64,000 bases of DNA from Eledone cirrhosa (Eukaryota): assembly GCA_964016885.1 (NCBI GenBank), contig OZ024746.1:100130001-100194000 (forward strand). Reading direction: 5' to 3'. The notes below the pieces were generated by a model. The model ran no database searches. It was given only the letters and a program-made list of their open reading frames with translations, and was not told the origin of the DNA. Position numbers and translations under genes: made by a program. Shown here piece by piece: positions 1-13,760 of the stretch (position 1 is the first letter of the stretch; each line of letters opens with the position of its first letter).

Positions 1-478
1 TTCTTTATTCAATAGAAAATCTGAATTCTGACACCCCAGCGAACTAACCATATTCACTGAACCAGAACAATTCTCCCATCCCTTTCTCTTGACCATTATC
101 TTTCACTTATCAAAAAATTCTCTAAAAAGGCTACAGAATGGATTTCCAAATAAGGGCACAAAAATTGAATGAAAATTTGTTCAGCCATAATTTCATTTAT
201 AACCAACCAAAAAAAAGCCTTCGTGAGCCTCCTTTTTTCAAGTAAAAAGAAATTCAAACACTCATATATGAAAAAACAACCTGTGAAACCCCCCCCCCCT
301 CTTATTTGAAGAACTATTGTAACGCGAACTGGCGCGAAATTTATTATAATTATTGACAAACCAATCAAATTACTTCTCGGAAAACCTGGCATTTCGAGCC
401 ACTTTTTCCATATAAAACAAGTAACATTCAGAGACCAACCAGATGTGAGAAAAACCACAGACCCTCCATCTCAACTCA

Positions 479-516
479 CCTTTTGAAAAGCAGAAGAACT
501 GCGAAACCGGTAAAGG
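479..516 (+). ncRNA. Degenerate minimal type I hammerhead ribozyme (Penelope pLTR type)
   Basis: cctt-TTGAAAA-gcag(aagaa)ctgc-GAAA-ccgg-TA-aagg. Stems I and II are perfect and stem III is palindromic; the core differs from CTGAAGA at 2 positions. A (TA)n tract follows ~150 bp downstream. Confidence 0.7.
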
Positions 517-662
517 AACCAAATAAATATATATATTTTTTTAAAAAATAAGACTCCAGTTGCATTTTCGATTTCATCTCTTTTTCTTTATACTTTCACT
601 CGTGTAGGACACCTCGGTTATTTTTCATTTTGTAAAAGAAAACCTCACTTTCTAATTATTAT

Positions 663-665
<3 letters not shown>

Positions 666-727
<62 letters not shown>
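666..727. repeat. (TA)n microsatellite
   Basis: Direct reading; further (TA)n tracts at ~1055-1195, 12610-12668, 17301-17350, 17470-17528, 60311-60347 and others. Confidence 0.95.
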
Positions 728-730
<3 letters not shown>

Positions 731-815
731 ATAATAATAAATTTGAAGACTAAAATCCAAAGAGGGCTCGATAAGGATAAATATATAACAAATATATAAG
801 AACCGTAGAGCAAAA

Positions 816-1180
<365 letters not shown>

Positions 1181-1401
1181 ATATATTTATATATAGTATT
1201 AAGGATACTATTTATGGTTATGTATGTAATAAAACCTTTTATGGTAATATATTTTTTATACAAACCCTAAATAGTGAAAGATAGTCATTAATTACTATCT
1301 TATTACCAGTAAGATAAATAGCTCAATGTAATAACATCGGTTGTTTTACAGAGCAGTTATATAGAGATTACAATAATCAAAGTTCAGTTTAAATCATTTA
1401 T

Positions 1402-1450
1402 TTGCTTACAATTGTTTCCTCCAAACCGAGGTTTGGATTCTTCGGGGCAA
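1402..1450 (-). ncRNA. Degenerate minimal type I hammerhead ribozyme
   Basis: Minus strand: ttgcc-CCGAAGA-a tccaaac(ctcg)gtttgga g-GAAA-caattg-TA-agcaa. Palindromic stem III and 7-bp stem II; one core substitution and closing-pair mismatches. Confidence 0.65.
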
Positions 1451-1589
1451 CTATTTAGTGATCTATAACATACTTGACCTCCTTTTCAACACAAGAGACA
1501 TATAAAAACATATGCACATATTGATCCACAGTGGGATGACATCCATCAAAATGATATAGCATGGCAATTTACATATAAAGGTTAAAGGA

Positions 1590-1710
1590 TAAAAATAAAA
1601 ATAAAAATAAAAATAAAAATAAAAATAAAAATAAAAATAAAAATAAAAATAAAAATAAAAATAAAAATAAAAATAAAAATAAAAATAAAAATAAAAATGA
1701 AAATAAAAAT
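1590..1710. repeat. (TAAAAA)n microsatellite
   Basis: Direct reading; explains the FY/FL/IF-repeat ORFs. Confidence 0.95.
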
Positions 1711-2334
1711 GAAGCATTGGCAGTTTTTGAAGAAAAAGCAAGAGGAAAGTTTAGAGTAGTCAGTGTATGAAACAATCTCACGTGTAGCATGCACGCGTGT
1801 CTTATTTATACAGGATTAGAGTGCGTCAGAATGTTATTTGCAAGGTCAGGCAGTTGAAGCAGGCAATCGATATTATTATGTGGGCTGAATTATTAAATCA
1901 TTATTTCGCATACACCTGTATGATATACAGTCCCGAATGTAGAGAAACACCAAAATATCAAAAATTTCAAACATATTATAAACCATATTATATCGTAGGC
2001 AAAACAGTACCACTGTCATTGTTTCTTTCCAGCGACTATGTTGAAAAATAAACCTCATCTGGTCAATCCATGAGAGTATCTTGGTCAGGCTATGAACCTT
2101 TCTGCTGACCCTCATATATGTGCGTCTACATATTTCATAAGGCTGCTACTACTATTAGTTTAGAAATAAAGGTTCTTAGTTCAAATCCAAGCAGGCACTA
2201 TGTAAATATTAAAAGTTAGATACCTGATTATGACTGGAGATCAAAGAGATCAAAATCTCGTGTAGGTAGAAATATGAAAAAAAAGAAAAATATTTTAATA
2301 TCTCAAAATGGGTTTTCTTCTTCTTCTTCTTCTT

Positions 2335-2672
2335 CTTCTTCTTCTTCTTCTTCTTCTTCTTCTTCTTCAGAGGGTCGGCGGTAGAGTAGATTCCTCAGAC
2401 ACATCTTCCATAAGGTTCTATCAAAAGCAACACCAACTAATCCGGCTGGATCCACAAGCGAGACCAGCCAAGCTCATAAATATTGACCAAATATTTTGCT
2501 CGTGCTCTACCCCTGGGTCTCCTGCCAGTTGGTTTTTGCCCGTAAAATCTGTCCAGCAATTCTTTCCCGAGACATTCTAACGACATGCCCGTAGTACCGG
2601 AGTTGTGATCTCTCGATTCGGAGAAGTAGCGGCTCTACCTGGAGTGACTCCCTGATCTTCGAGCTATGCACC
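2335..2672 (-). mobile_element. RTE-clade LINE 3' fragment with (GAA)n tail
   Basis: Same family as 29210-29480(+), 39900-40330(-), 43323-43592(+), 53100-53495(+). Remnant translation 'TGRRPRGRPRARWLDNI' is typical of the RTE ORF C-terminus. Confidence 0.75.
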
Positions 2673-2693
2673 TTAAATTTAAAACCTTAAACC

Positions 2694-3030
2694 AGAGATT
2701 CTCAAAGTGGGCGCTACCGCCACCCACCCCCTCCAGGTGTTGAGAAGATCTAGGGGACAGTGGGACGGGGGCGGTAGAGATGATATAATAGTATATCAAA
2801 TATTAAATGATACAGATTATATATAAATATAGTCAAATAAAGAATGTATAATATTTATTTATAAATAGTATATATTATATTATTTATTATATATAAATTA
2901 ACGATTTTATTTATTATATATTATTTACAATTTGTGTGTAGGCAGGTCTCTCTGGAAATAATATTGGGGGCGCTGAGGGTGTTATGTAGCCGTGAAGGAG
3001 CCGATGGCCCAAAAAGTTTAGAACCTCTGA
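2694..3030. mobile_element. hAT-like MITE
   Basis: Ends cagagattctcaaa / tttagaacctctg; related copy at ~46117-47230 is interrupted by a Helitron. Confidence 0.55.
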
Positions 3031-4294
3031 CTTAAACCACTGCAAGAAATCAATGTCACATTTTCAAGACCGTACATTGGTCGTAAAAGTGCAGCATGAA
3101 ACTAAAAATCTTGAGGAATTGAGTCTGTTTTTGTTACATTCTGAGTACATTTTGTTGCTGATTTAAAGGAAGAAATGCGGCACCCTTAACTTTCTTGTAG
3201 ACTCTCTGTTTCTAATATTGTTAAGGTTGAGTAGGTAAGATCTCGAAAATCTCGGAGTGGACATCTAATTCTGGTTCAAATGCTTGCAACACAGGGGATT
3301 CCTATAAAGTCATTCAAGGGCTATGTGTTCGTGTTAAACCAGGTGACGGGCTAAGTTCACCTCACAGACACAGACGCGATTTAAATCTACCCAATCTACA
3401 AGGTTTATGTCAACCCGAGGCTATGGTCGAATATACTTACCGGAAAGTGCTTGGAATCAAGTGACAGCAAAATTAATTCTCAACCACGTGATTATGTCTG
3501 TGTCCAAGATTTAGGATAAGTACGGACATCATACAACCTTCTTCTTCTTCTTCTTCTTCTTCTTCTTCTTCTTCTTCTTCTTCTTCTTCTTCTTCTTCTT
3601 CTTCTTCTTCTTCCTGAGAGGGTGGGAGGTGGTGTAGATTTCTCAGATACGTCTTCCATAATGTCCTGTCAGAAGCAACAACATCCAACGGACCCGGCTG
3701 GGTCCCCAACCCTTTCAGAATTACGGTTACTGTAACGTAAGAAACAGGCAATTACTCCAGCTGTTTCAATCGACTTTATTCCCCCCTCGGTAACTTAACT
3801 TTGTATGGTTGTGAGTAATCATTAAAACATGAATCAGAGATTCATGTTTTTTTTATAATCAAAATCGAAAGCTCACTTGTAGTTCGTGATGCAAGTAACA
3901 AATAAAAAAACATCCAACCTCTTCGGAATCGACAAATAATTATTTAGAGTCATAAGCTGTAATTATCCAATCAAATCGCCTTTCCAGCATTAAACAACAA
4001 CTGTTAGTCTCCAACGCATTCAAAATAGTATGCAACATTCGATCAGTTGAATCACTCATACAGAACAGAGATCAGAAGCTACTTCGATTTTTCAAGAACT
4101 GCGTAGGACTTCGTGTAAATATGTGAAGTTAAATATAATATGCAATTATCTCGGTTAAGACTATCTTTATAGGGTTGTAATTGAGTATATTCTCTTGGTA
4201 GAATTTACGTCATTAGATCTGTTTCGGTGCGTTAAATCAGTTGATTCCTCTTATTTACAATCCTTTTATGTTACGGAAGGAGAGGGCGAGGAAA

Positions 4295-4710
4295 TGGCAG
4301 TATCATTAAAGCGTCGGACAATATGCTTTGCAGAATAGAATTACGGCCCTTTACGTTCTGAGTTCAAATCCCGCTGTTTAGCTTTGCATTTCACCCTTAC
4401 AGGGTTGTTGAAATAAAGTACCAGTAATTCACTGGGGTTGATTTAATCGGCTTTCCCCTCCCCTAAAATTGTTGGCCTTGTTCCTAAATTAGGAACACTA
4501 TTGTAGTAAAATTTGGGAGGTGTATTGGCAGTATCGGTCGAGCATCAGACACCGTGCTTCGTGGCAGAGTTACGGCCCTTTACGTTCTGCGTTCAAATCC
4601 TGCCGAGGTTAGTTTTGCCTTCCATCCTTACAGGATCAATAAAATAAAGCACCAGTAATACACTGGGGTAATTTCTGGCCTTGTGCCAAAAGTAGAAACA
4701 ACTATTGCAG
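4295..4710 (+). mobile_element. Two tandem tRNA-derived SINEs (family 1)
   Basis: A box TGGCAGTATC(G/A), B box GAGTTCAAATCC, shared body 'ttgcctttcatcct...gtcgataaaataaagtaccag' and tail 'ggccttgtgcc'. About 20 further copies in the window, e.g. 12175-12570+, 13765-13920+, 15320-15450-, 18150-18630-, 18853-19070+, 19530-19740-, 20140-20310-, 20365-20500+, 30790-30930+, 33390-33560-, 40340-40520+, 48115-48230-, 50720-51130-, 61870-61960-. Confidence 0.9.
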
Positions 4711-4854
4711 CAATAGATCAAATGACTGAGCTTTCGGTGATATGACAAAATCGTTTCAAGGCCATCGGCTAAAATATATAAGTAGCTGTGATATCTAACT
4801 TATTTGATCAGCCCCAAGTATAAGGAAAGATAAAGTCGACATATCCTTCATGAG

Positions 4855-5052
4855 ATGAGCCGAGTTGGATTTGAACTGGGACGAAACTAAATAGATGAGC
4901 CGAGTTGGATTTGAACTGGGACGAAACTAAATAAATGAGCCGAGTTGGATTTGAACTGGGACGAAACTAAATAAATGAGCCGAGTTGGATTTGAACTAGG
5001 ACGAAACTAAATAGATAACTCTGGTTGGATTTGAGCTCGGACGAAACTAAAT
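4855..5052 (-). repeat. 40-bp minisatellite x5 built from a SINE B-box segment
   Basis: Unit atgagccgagttggatttgaactgggacgaaactaaata(g/a); reverse complement contains CAGTTCAAATCC. Confidence 0.9.
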
Positions 5053-5272
5053 ATGTTTTCATGTTATTCACATGTCGTAACTGTTCTGCTACTGTTCAGA
5101 TTTATATATTTCTTTATATACTCTCGGGTCTCAAATAGTCACCCCTGGTGGTCGTGGATATACCATATCATAAAGAAAACCAAGTGCTCATCTCTGGAAT
5201 GCCTTTGTCTAATTTCATATTATTCCACATGTAAAATGTTAAGATGTGAACGATATGTTTGATATATATATA

Positions 5273-5354
5273 TACACGGTGGCCCCAAAAATATATACAC
5301 ATGTTTACTAGAATGCTGTTGAAGTGTGTATACATTTTTGGGGGACACCATGTA
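5273..5354. mobile_element. Tc1/mariner-type palindromic MITE
   Basis: TA-cacggtggccccaaaaa...tttttgggggacaccatg-TA; sister copy at 10822-10926 and similar element at 39129-39210. Confidence 0.75.
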
Positions 5355-6013
5355 TATATTTAATATTCCATATTTTCGGTTTATTAGAAATGTAGTCAGC
5401 GTTGTCTGGGAAATAATGTACAGAGTTGCGGGCCCTTTTGTTGAATGAGAATCTTGGAAATTCTACTTGATGGGTGGGTGGGGAGGGGTTACGTCTGTTC
5501 TAAGCTGAAGGCTCACCAGGCCGGTGCTTATCTCAGGTTTCCTTGGTTAAGTGACTGAGAGTACAAGTCTCTCCCTGGATAGAACGACAGTCTATCACAG
5601 GATTAACTCCCCAGCTACTGCTAGTACTCACTCTCAGCTGAGTATACCGGAGGAATGGGAAATAAAGTGTTTTGCCCAAGAACACAACGCTGGAACACTT
5701 CAAATAGAATGCGAATGGCAATATTTGAAAGCAACAGTAAATGGTCGCAAGAGAAGTAATATTAACAATGAGGGTGAATGGGGACGGTTTCAGTGCCATT
5801 AAGAAGAATGTGGGTACGGTTGGAGCCACGTTAAAAAAAGGGTGCATGTGTACGGTTAGAGTTCTGTTGAAACACAGGTTATATGGTCACAGCTGAAGAA
5901 CTGTTAAGAACGAGAATGGATGTTCGCGGCTGGAGAGCAAGTTATGGATAGACAAAGAGCTGGACACAAAATGTCAATAAAATTGTGTGTGGGGGGGGTG
6001 TTTCTGTGTGTGT

Positions 6014-6330
6014 GTGGAGACTTCTGGTATCCTTGGCCCTAGGACCACCTCCCTACTCACCACCATCGACACAGAGTTGGCTACCCGCAGGTGTGAACCT
6101 CGCAGGTTGGAATGGCTCTTCCAGCGCGTCTACCACACCATCTTCCAGAGAAACGCGTTCCCTATTCTGTCCACCGGAGGTGGAAGAGGCGAGAGTGAGA
6201 GAGCCGGAGGCAGTGACGTGGGAGTTTCATTCCCTTCTGTTCGGACCTGGTTTATGTGTATATATTTACCACGTCACACATACATTCGTCAGGAAATCAA
6301 ATTATTTTCCGATAATATTTGTAAATATTG
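6014..6330 (+). mobile_element. CRE-like (RLE) non-LTR retrotransposon 3' fragment
   Basis: ETSGILGPRTTSLL...EPRRLEWLFQRVYHTIFQRNAFPIL resembles the CRE C-terminal motif ET.G.WG...L.QR.S.A.QRGNA..IL. Homologous copies at 31250-31593(-) and 20020-20100(-). Confidence 0.6.
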
Positions 6331-6559
6331 TGTACAGACAGAAGCAAATTATTAACCAATAACCAGAAAACAGTGAAATCTCTTCCATATTCATAAACTT
6401 AATTGTGTCGCAGATATCCTTCCATACTTACAATTCATAGTATTTAAATCTCTTAAGTTTTCACCTGTCTCTATAGTGCCAACTTTTTTTCAACTCACGT
6501 ACTTCTTTTATCAATCTGTTTTGTTGAATAGACACAAACGCCAACACAAGCACACACAA

Positions 6560-6630
<71 letters not shown>

Positions 6631-6938
6631 CGCGCGCACGCACGCACTATCTGTTAATACTAGCAGATTGAATCGGTCGTTGTGCTGTCTCCTGTGTGAC
6701 GTTTTGTGTATGTGTGTATCTGCACATACTTACATACATACATACATACATGTATGTATGTATGTGTGTATGTATGTATATGTTCTGGTTTTATAATTTC
6801 ACAAATTTTTTTTCCCAATAGAGAGAGAATCGATTTCTAACATAGACACAAGACTCTCTCATTGGAATTTACACATGTTTTGAGTTGTATGTATGCATGT
6901 GTATATGCTTTGTATCTGTACATGTGTATATGCAGTTA

Positions 6939-9900
6939 TTAGATGCAACATTTTTGGAATGTTTTACATATTTTTACTGTTCCATTAATGGATTGTACTT
7001 GTAATTTCCTAACTAGTTGTGTTCCTTCTGTTCCTGTGAAGCCCAGCTTCTCAAGATTTGTATTGGGGCAGTTACTAACATACCCCAGTGCCCGAATAAT
7101 CACATGCATAAATCTGAAGGTGTAATCAGGGTGGAATATCTGCAGATTTCTCATCAGTTCTGCATAAATATTCTCCTTTTCGCTAATCTTTGATATTATA
7201 TTGGCATCTGCTGGGCAGCTAATTTCCACTATTGTGCATGCTTTCTTCTCCCTGTCCCATATCATAATATCTGGTCTGTTATGCCTGCATTTTATTGGGG
7301 TTTTTACTGGAACATTCCACCAGTACTCTTTCATATTATGTACATGGATATCTTCCACATTGCTGTAGATTTGAATGTTTTTATTATCGGGGCTATCTTT
7401 TTTACGAACTGCATTGTACAGTGTTTTGGCCACTACATCATGCCTCATAGGTAGATAGTACCGCGATGACATCTTTGGGCAGCTGCTGATGACATGGGTG
7501 ATATCCTCGATGTTAGTTCTGCAGAGTCTGCACTTGTTATCACATCTAGGTGTTTTTACTGCATTCCTCTCTCTTTTGTGAATCAGGTATTTCGTGTTAA
7601 TATCCTGTTCTTGGATTGCAAAAGCGTATCCTTCAAAATGGGAGCCAATATAGCGGTTGTTGGTCCAAGATAGACTACTTTCCTTATCTATATTACTCTC
7701 ACTCTGGAGCTTCCTGGTAACATATCCATGCATGATTTTTTGCTGATAAGCATGCATTTTCTCATCCATGTATTGACTGCGATACTGCTGAGTGACTTCC
7801 CTGGATATGAATTTTTGATTATCACACAGGGAATATCTCTCAAGGAGTTCCTTCCCAACTCTCATGATCTTATCTGTTTCATGCAGATAGACTTTCTCGA
7901 GAAACGGGCTCCTACGCTTCGAGGTTCGTAGATGTTGTCGGAGAGATATGATGCGACATTCAAATGTTGTCTGGACTGATGTTAGGCCTCTGCCTCCTTG
8001 CTTACGTTTCAAGTAAAGGCGGTCTATGTCACTGTTGATGTGGAAGTTTCCGGTGTTGTTTAGTATTTTTCGAGTCCTAACATCAATTGCTCGGATTTCG
8101 TCTATCGTCCAATTGAGTATTCCAAACGTTGGTGTTAGGACAGGCACAGCAAACACATTGTGAGCCACTGTTTTATTATGCACAGAGACTTCTAATGACC
8201 AGATCTTTCTTAATCGGGTGTAATATTTCCTGGCAACACGTTCCTTAATACAAATACCATTATGAGATGTTCTCATCTATCCCCAGGTATATGTAGCAGT
8301 CCTCATCAGATATCAGTGAAACATTTAGGCCATTGATGAAAATGTTGCTAGATTGGGTTATAGTTTTATTTCTTTCCTCTGTATTTCTTTCCTCCTGTGA
8401 GCCAATGATGTATCCTTCACATTTCTTGAGCAGAAAGGACAAGAGGTTTAATGACAGGAGAAATAGTACCACAGAGAGACTTTCTCTTTGAAATATACCT
8501 CTGTGATATTCTATTTTATCAGTGAAAATAGAGTCCTCCTTCTCTGTTTTTAACTTTAGGATAGTAGCCCAAGAAGACAACTTCTCTTTGGCTCTGATAA
8601 TAATGTCTGGGATTTAGCAAGTCGGGGGGCCTCTATCATCCAAGAGTGAGGAACCGAATCGAAAGCTTTCCTGTAGTCCAGCCAGAGTTTAGCCATATTC
8701 TTCCTAATTGTCGCACCTCCGACATCGCAGTTTTGTTGATTAGGAATTGTTCAGGCCATCCCCAAACCCCTTTTTTCCAGCTCCTTGTTCATCTGTGATG
8801 ATGTTATTATTTTCACAATGATCTTGGAGGAATAGGTTCAGGCAGGCTGTATACATATTATACATCAGGTTCTGGTATGCAATGGGTCGGTATTTTTTTG
8901 CCAGGTGGGTGTCTTTATTCTTGGGAACCAGTAATGTTTGTGCTAATGTCAACCATTCTGGTATAAGTGTATCTCCCTTAAGAACTTGTTGGTAGAGGTC
9001 GGTAAGATACCTCCGATAGAATATCAGTTTTTTGTACCAGTAGCCGACAATCATGTTTCTTCCTGGTGTTTTCTTATCTTGGAGTTTTCCTATCACATTC
9101 TCAAGAGTACCCTCACTTATTTCGTATGTTTTTTGTTGTAGTGTAGGAGCAATAGTTCTTTTGGATTTCTTTTAGCCACACTGCATCTTGGTTGAAATTC
9201 TTCTTTTCACCCCATATTTTTCTCCAAAAGGAATCTATGTCTTTCTGGGATAATCTGAGATAATCTGAGATTATTTTGCCCTTCATATCTCTATAGACTG
9301 ATGTTTGGTTTCGTCTGAATCTTTTATTAAACACTTTTCTTTCATCTACCTTCTTCAGGTATCAGCGTTTTTCGCTAACAGCTCTCAATTCCAGTTTGAG
9401 GGTGATCAGCTTATATTGGAGAGTTCTGGTTCTACTGTTACCAAACATCGTCTCTATTTTATTTTTCTCTCTTTGTTAGTGAGGAGTGAAGTTTTTTTTG
9501 TGTTTGTTTGCATGTAAGGAACATTGTCACATATCCTATGGTATTTCGTAGGTCAGCAATCTTTTTTTCTATTTTAGTTATATATGATGGTATTTTTGGT
9601 GGTGTTTTGTTCTTGTTAATATCTCTGCTATCACCAAGATAATGCTTCACTGTCATTGCTAAGGCATATAAACAGGCGTTGATTTGCCAAAATGTTGGGG
9701 TTTTTATCCGTCGTAAATATTCATTCCCTATTTCGTCCATAACACGTAATATTTCATTATTTGGTTTTTTATTAATATTGTTGTTTTAATACGTCCATCA
9801 AGAGAAATGTTTATACATCAATTAATTTCTCTCTGGAAGATTTCGTTGGGGGTAATTTTCAATTGTTTATACTTTTGATTATTATCATTATCGATAGTAT

Positions 9901-10625
9901 TTTCCACAACAGTCGAGGCAGACTCGGATGGTACACGTGGTGTCAAATTTCTTCGATTATTATTATTATTTCTTCGATTATTATTATTATCGATATTGTT
10001 TTCCCCAGCATTCGAGGTAGACTTAGATGGTACACGTGATGTCAAATTTCTAACAGGCATAGTTGTTTCAAGGCACTGTTCGACTTGGCTGCTAGGAAGT
10101 CTAGTAGCATGGCGACCTGTAGCACGTGTTGTTCATCCCATGTTTGTTGTGGGGAACTTACAATTAATAATATTTATCTTATTTTTACCTTCAACAAACG
10201 TCGCTTGCTGGCGTAATTTGTTTCGCTGTGAAATAATTTAGCTCTGGGTGTATTTTGTCCCAGTGTATCTTCATTCTGTTCATATAGCCAATGGAGGAAT
10301 TGTTTTTTTGCCATTTAATAACAATTAAATAAATCATCATTAAGTTCGCAACTCCAAGAGAAATGCGATTTATAATTTCGGTTTCTTCTGTAGCTACAAC
10401 TGAATAAAATTTGTTTACTTTTCTCGTTTTTCTTCGGTACTCCACTGATGTTGTTGTTGATGTTTGTAGCAAATCCTTGTAAAAGGAATTATGTATTTAG
10501 TCCGATATCTCTACGAATTCGAATACAGTAGATATAGTTAGAAGTTATTCAACATGACTGGTAGTTGTGGCATTACTGTCAGAGATAGTATTCATCTTAA
10601 ATTTAATGAATAGTCTGCCACACCA
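6939..10625 (-). mobile_element. Decayed near-full-length R4/Dong-type non-LTR retrotransposon (RT + CCHC + restriction-like endonuclease)
   Basis: Collinear frameshifted ORFs 10472 to 6939. RT motifs: KTPGRNMIVGYWYK, KYRPIAYQNLMY, LDYRKAFDSVPH, RGIFQRESLS. Intact C-terminal 445 aa: CRLC-x7-H-x4-C, RHD, RPDIMIWD...IVEISCP...EK, the RLE signature. Confidence 0.9.
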
Positions 10626-11574
10626 AAATGTGTATGTGTGTATGTATGTATGTAAGTATGTATGTAAGTATGTATGTATGTATGTATATATTTCGGCGAA
10701 TTGTCAGAGTCGTTAGAACGTCGGATAGAATGCTTTATGGTATTCGTTCCCGCATGGTGCCCAAAAGGTTGGGAACTACTGCTATATAATCAATTATTCG
10801 GGTCGACTTACTCCTCATAATATACAGGGTGTCCCCAAAAAATCTATACATACTTAGATTACCTGTACAGGCAATATTTATTAGAATACTGTTGAAGTGT
10901 GTATACATCTTTGGGGGACACCCTGTATATATAGGCATAATCACATCTTCAGGAAGGTGACACTCATTCATTTTCGGTGAACAAAGCCTTAATCAGGTGT
11001 TGATATCATCAGATGGTGTCCAACGTTGATCAGGTGTTAGGTCAGCACTGGTCAGATTACTGGACATCTTGGCTTCCAGCTTATCTTCTCTTTCCTGCTC
11101 CAAAGCCCACAAGAGGTGTGTGTCGTTGAACCTGTAAATGTGGAAACGTTTGGCGTTCTTGGTCCCTGTAACACATCCCCTCTTACTGCTATCGGAGGGG
11201 AATTGGCCACTCGCGACAGTGAGCCCCTCGTATTGGAATGATTATGTTATCGCGTTTCCCTCATTATCCTTTGAAAAGCTTTTTTCATTCTGTCTTCTGA
11301 GACCAATTCCGTACAACACGTACGTATTACTTTTTCCAAAATACATCTAAAAATATATTTTGAGGCTGGAGTCTACAACAGTACTCAATAGATTAACTTT
11401 TACAGTTTTTTAGCATGTAGTCGAACTGAAAGAGAAAACAACAGTTGTTAATATAAATATATCTAAATATTTATAGAAACTATAGGGTAGTCACGTGCAG
11501 AAAATAACTCCAACTACAATCAGTAGCCATAACATACCTTATAAAAGAGATGAGGAAAAAATTCTTTAACTGAT

Positions 11575-12165
11575 TTTTTGTAAACTGTTTATTGATATGT
11601 TCGTCAGATTTCACAGAAATATGAAAACTCGGGTTGTCTTCAATGGTGAATTATCCAATGAAATCTCAGTTGATAATGGCGTGAAACAGGAAGATATCCC
11701 GGCTCCCCCAATGTTTTCAATATTTTTTTCTGTGATGCTGATTCATGCATTCCAGGACTGTGCAAAGGGTGTTCTATTGCAAGTTAGAACTACAGGAAGT
11801 ATCTTTGACATAAGAAGGTTCAATTTCTAGTTCAATATGTTCCAAATACTAATTAGAGATTTTGTATGCAGAGGATGTTGACTTTCTAGCTCACTCTCAA
11901 GATGACATGCAACACATCATCGATGACTTTGCAGTTTCTTGTAATACCTTTGGCATGAAAATTAATCTAAAAATGATTAAGGTAATATTCCCCCTCATCA
12001 CCATGGGAAGCATACATTGAGCCAAATATAATGGTGCATGGAACTAGGTTGGCTGTAGCTGACACTTTTGTTTACCTGGGTAGTACATTGTCGAGGGATG
12101 GTTCGCTAGATGCAGAAATACACCTGTGTATTCAGAAGGCCTCTGTGGTCTACGGAAAACTAGGA
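11575..12165 (+). mobile_element. RTE/BovB-like LINE RT fragment (pseudogenised)
   Basis: VDNGVKQEDIPAPPMFSIFF, then remnant YAEDV, FGMKINLK and FVYLGSTLSRDGSLDAEI motifs with stops and frameshifts. Confidence 0.85.
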
Positions 12166-12600
12166 AAGAGGGAGTAGCTTGGCAGTATCAGTAAAGCGTC
12201 GGACACCCTGTTTCGCGGGAGAGCGTTGTGGCCTTTTACGTGGTGAGCTCAAATCTCGCCAAGGTTGATTGGTACTGGGGTCGATTTAATCGATTTTCCC
12301 CGCCCCAAAGATTGCTAGACTTATGCCTATAATTATCATTGTTATTAAGGCGGTAGATTGGCAGTATAGATAGAGCGTCAGACACCATGCTTTTCAGAAC
12401 AGAGTTATGGCCCTTTACGACCTGAGTTCAAGTCCCGCCGAGATTATCTTTGTCTTTCATCCTCACACGGTCGATAAAATAAAGTACCTACTGGTACGAT
12501 GCATTTGGGTAAATTTAATCAACTTTCCCCTCCCCCCAAATTGATGGATTTGTGCCTAAATCAGAAACAATTATATGTATATATATATGTGTGTGTGTAT

Positions 12601-12671
<71 letters not shown>

Positions 12672-13423
12672 TATGTGTGTGTATATATATATAACTATAT
12701 ATATATTACCAGGCGTTTTGCCCAATATAGGTCTGTTATTTTTCTTAATTTTTCTTAATTTAATATTTAAAGTTAAGGATAACAAACTATATTGCTGTAG
12801 TTAGTATTTTTTCACCCTAGCAAATTTTAGTCCTTACGATTCGAACACATGTATGTTTATATTAGTGTTCATCTCTCTTTTTTATTCAATTATATTGTAC
12901 GGCTCGGAAAAGTTCTTTTCTTAGAGCTATTTAATTGTAAGAGACTACTCTGAGTTCTTAACTCAATATATATAAACGCTTGACCGCTCCACTCACCCCC
13001 CTGTTGTTCTACAGGCAAGTTCAGCCACCCCTACCTCCCACCAAATGCCATGATAGACTTATTTGTGTTTACAACAAATTTTAACCAATCCTCTTGACAA
13101 CTACAATCTTCCCATATAAGGAAATACCCCCTTGACAAGTTCGGCTATTTATTCACCAGGCTAAAAATTCTAATTTAGTTCAGAAATAGCCGTCGAAACA
13201 GCTTGAGCTCTGCCGCCGGGGTCATACTTTTTCCTATACGCCATGCGTGATATGAAATAATATTTTATAGCACGCCATCTTGAGAAATATTATTCCGGAT
13301 ATAAAAAATAATTATTATGGATAAGGCTTTACATTCAATCACAACTGAGCTGGCGCTAAAGTTATTTCATCACTAAAGCATATACATGTGTAATTGAGCT
13401 AAACATGGCGTCCACAATTACTC

Positions 13424-13760
13424 TACGAGGATGGGCTGAAAAGTTCATAGCTTGACTGTGAAGAATTGATGTTAGAGCTGTGAAATCTTGCATGCATTAA
13501 TTTCAACTCTTCTTATTAATAACTGCATTGTTTCTTTCCAAGGACCATGTTGAAAATTAAACCTCATTTGGTCATTCCATGAGAGTATCTTAGTCTGCTT
13601 ATTAAGGAGTGATGCTAGAGCTGTGAAATATTGCATGCATTAATTTCAACACCTCTTATTAATAACTGTATTGTGTCTTTCCAAGGACTATGTTGAAAAA
13701 TAAACCTTATTTGGTTATTCCATGAGAGTATCTTGGTCATCCTATGAAGGAGTGATGCTA
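13424..13760 (+). mobile_element. mariner-derived MITE with internal tandem duplication
   Basis: Begins TA-cgaggatgggctgaaaagttcatag; ~140-bp internal segment duplicated; other copies at ~2030-2115 and 34365-34560. Confidence 0.7.

Noticed and set aside
4295-4380. tRNA genes
   Set aside because: The A/B boxes belong to SINE heads that continue into shared SINE bodies; no cloverleaf.
10485-10625. HDV-like ribozyme at the 5' end of the R4/Dong element
   Set aside because: A gtggca/tgccac helix and a hairpin followed by CTAA exist on the minus strand, but P1.1, P2 and P3 could not be assembled by eye.
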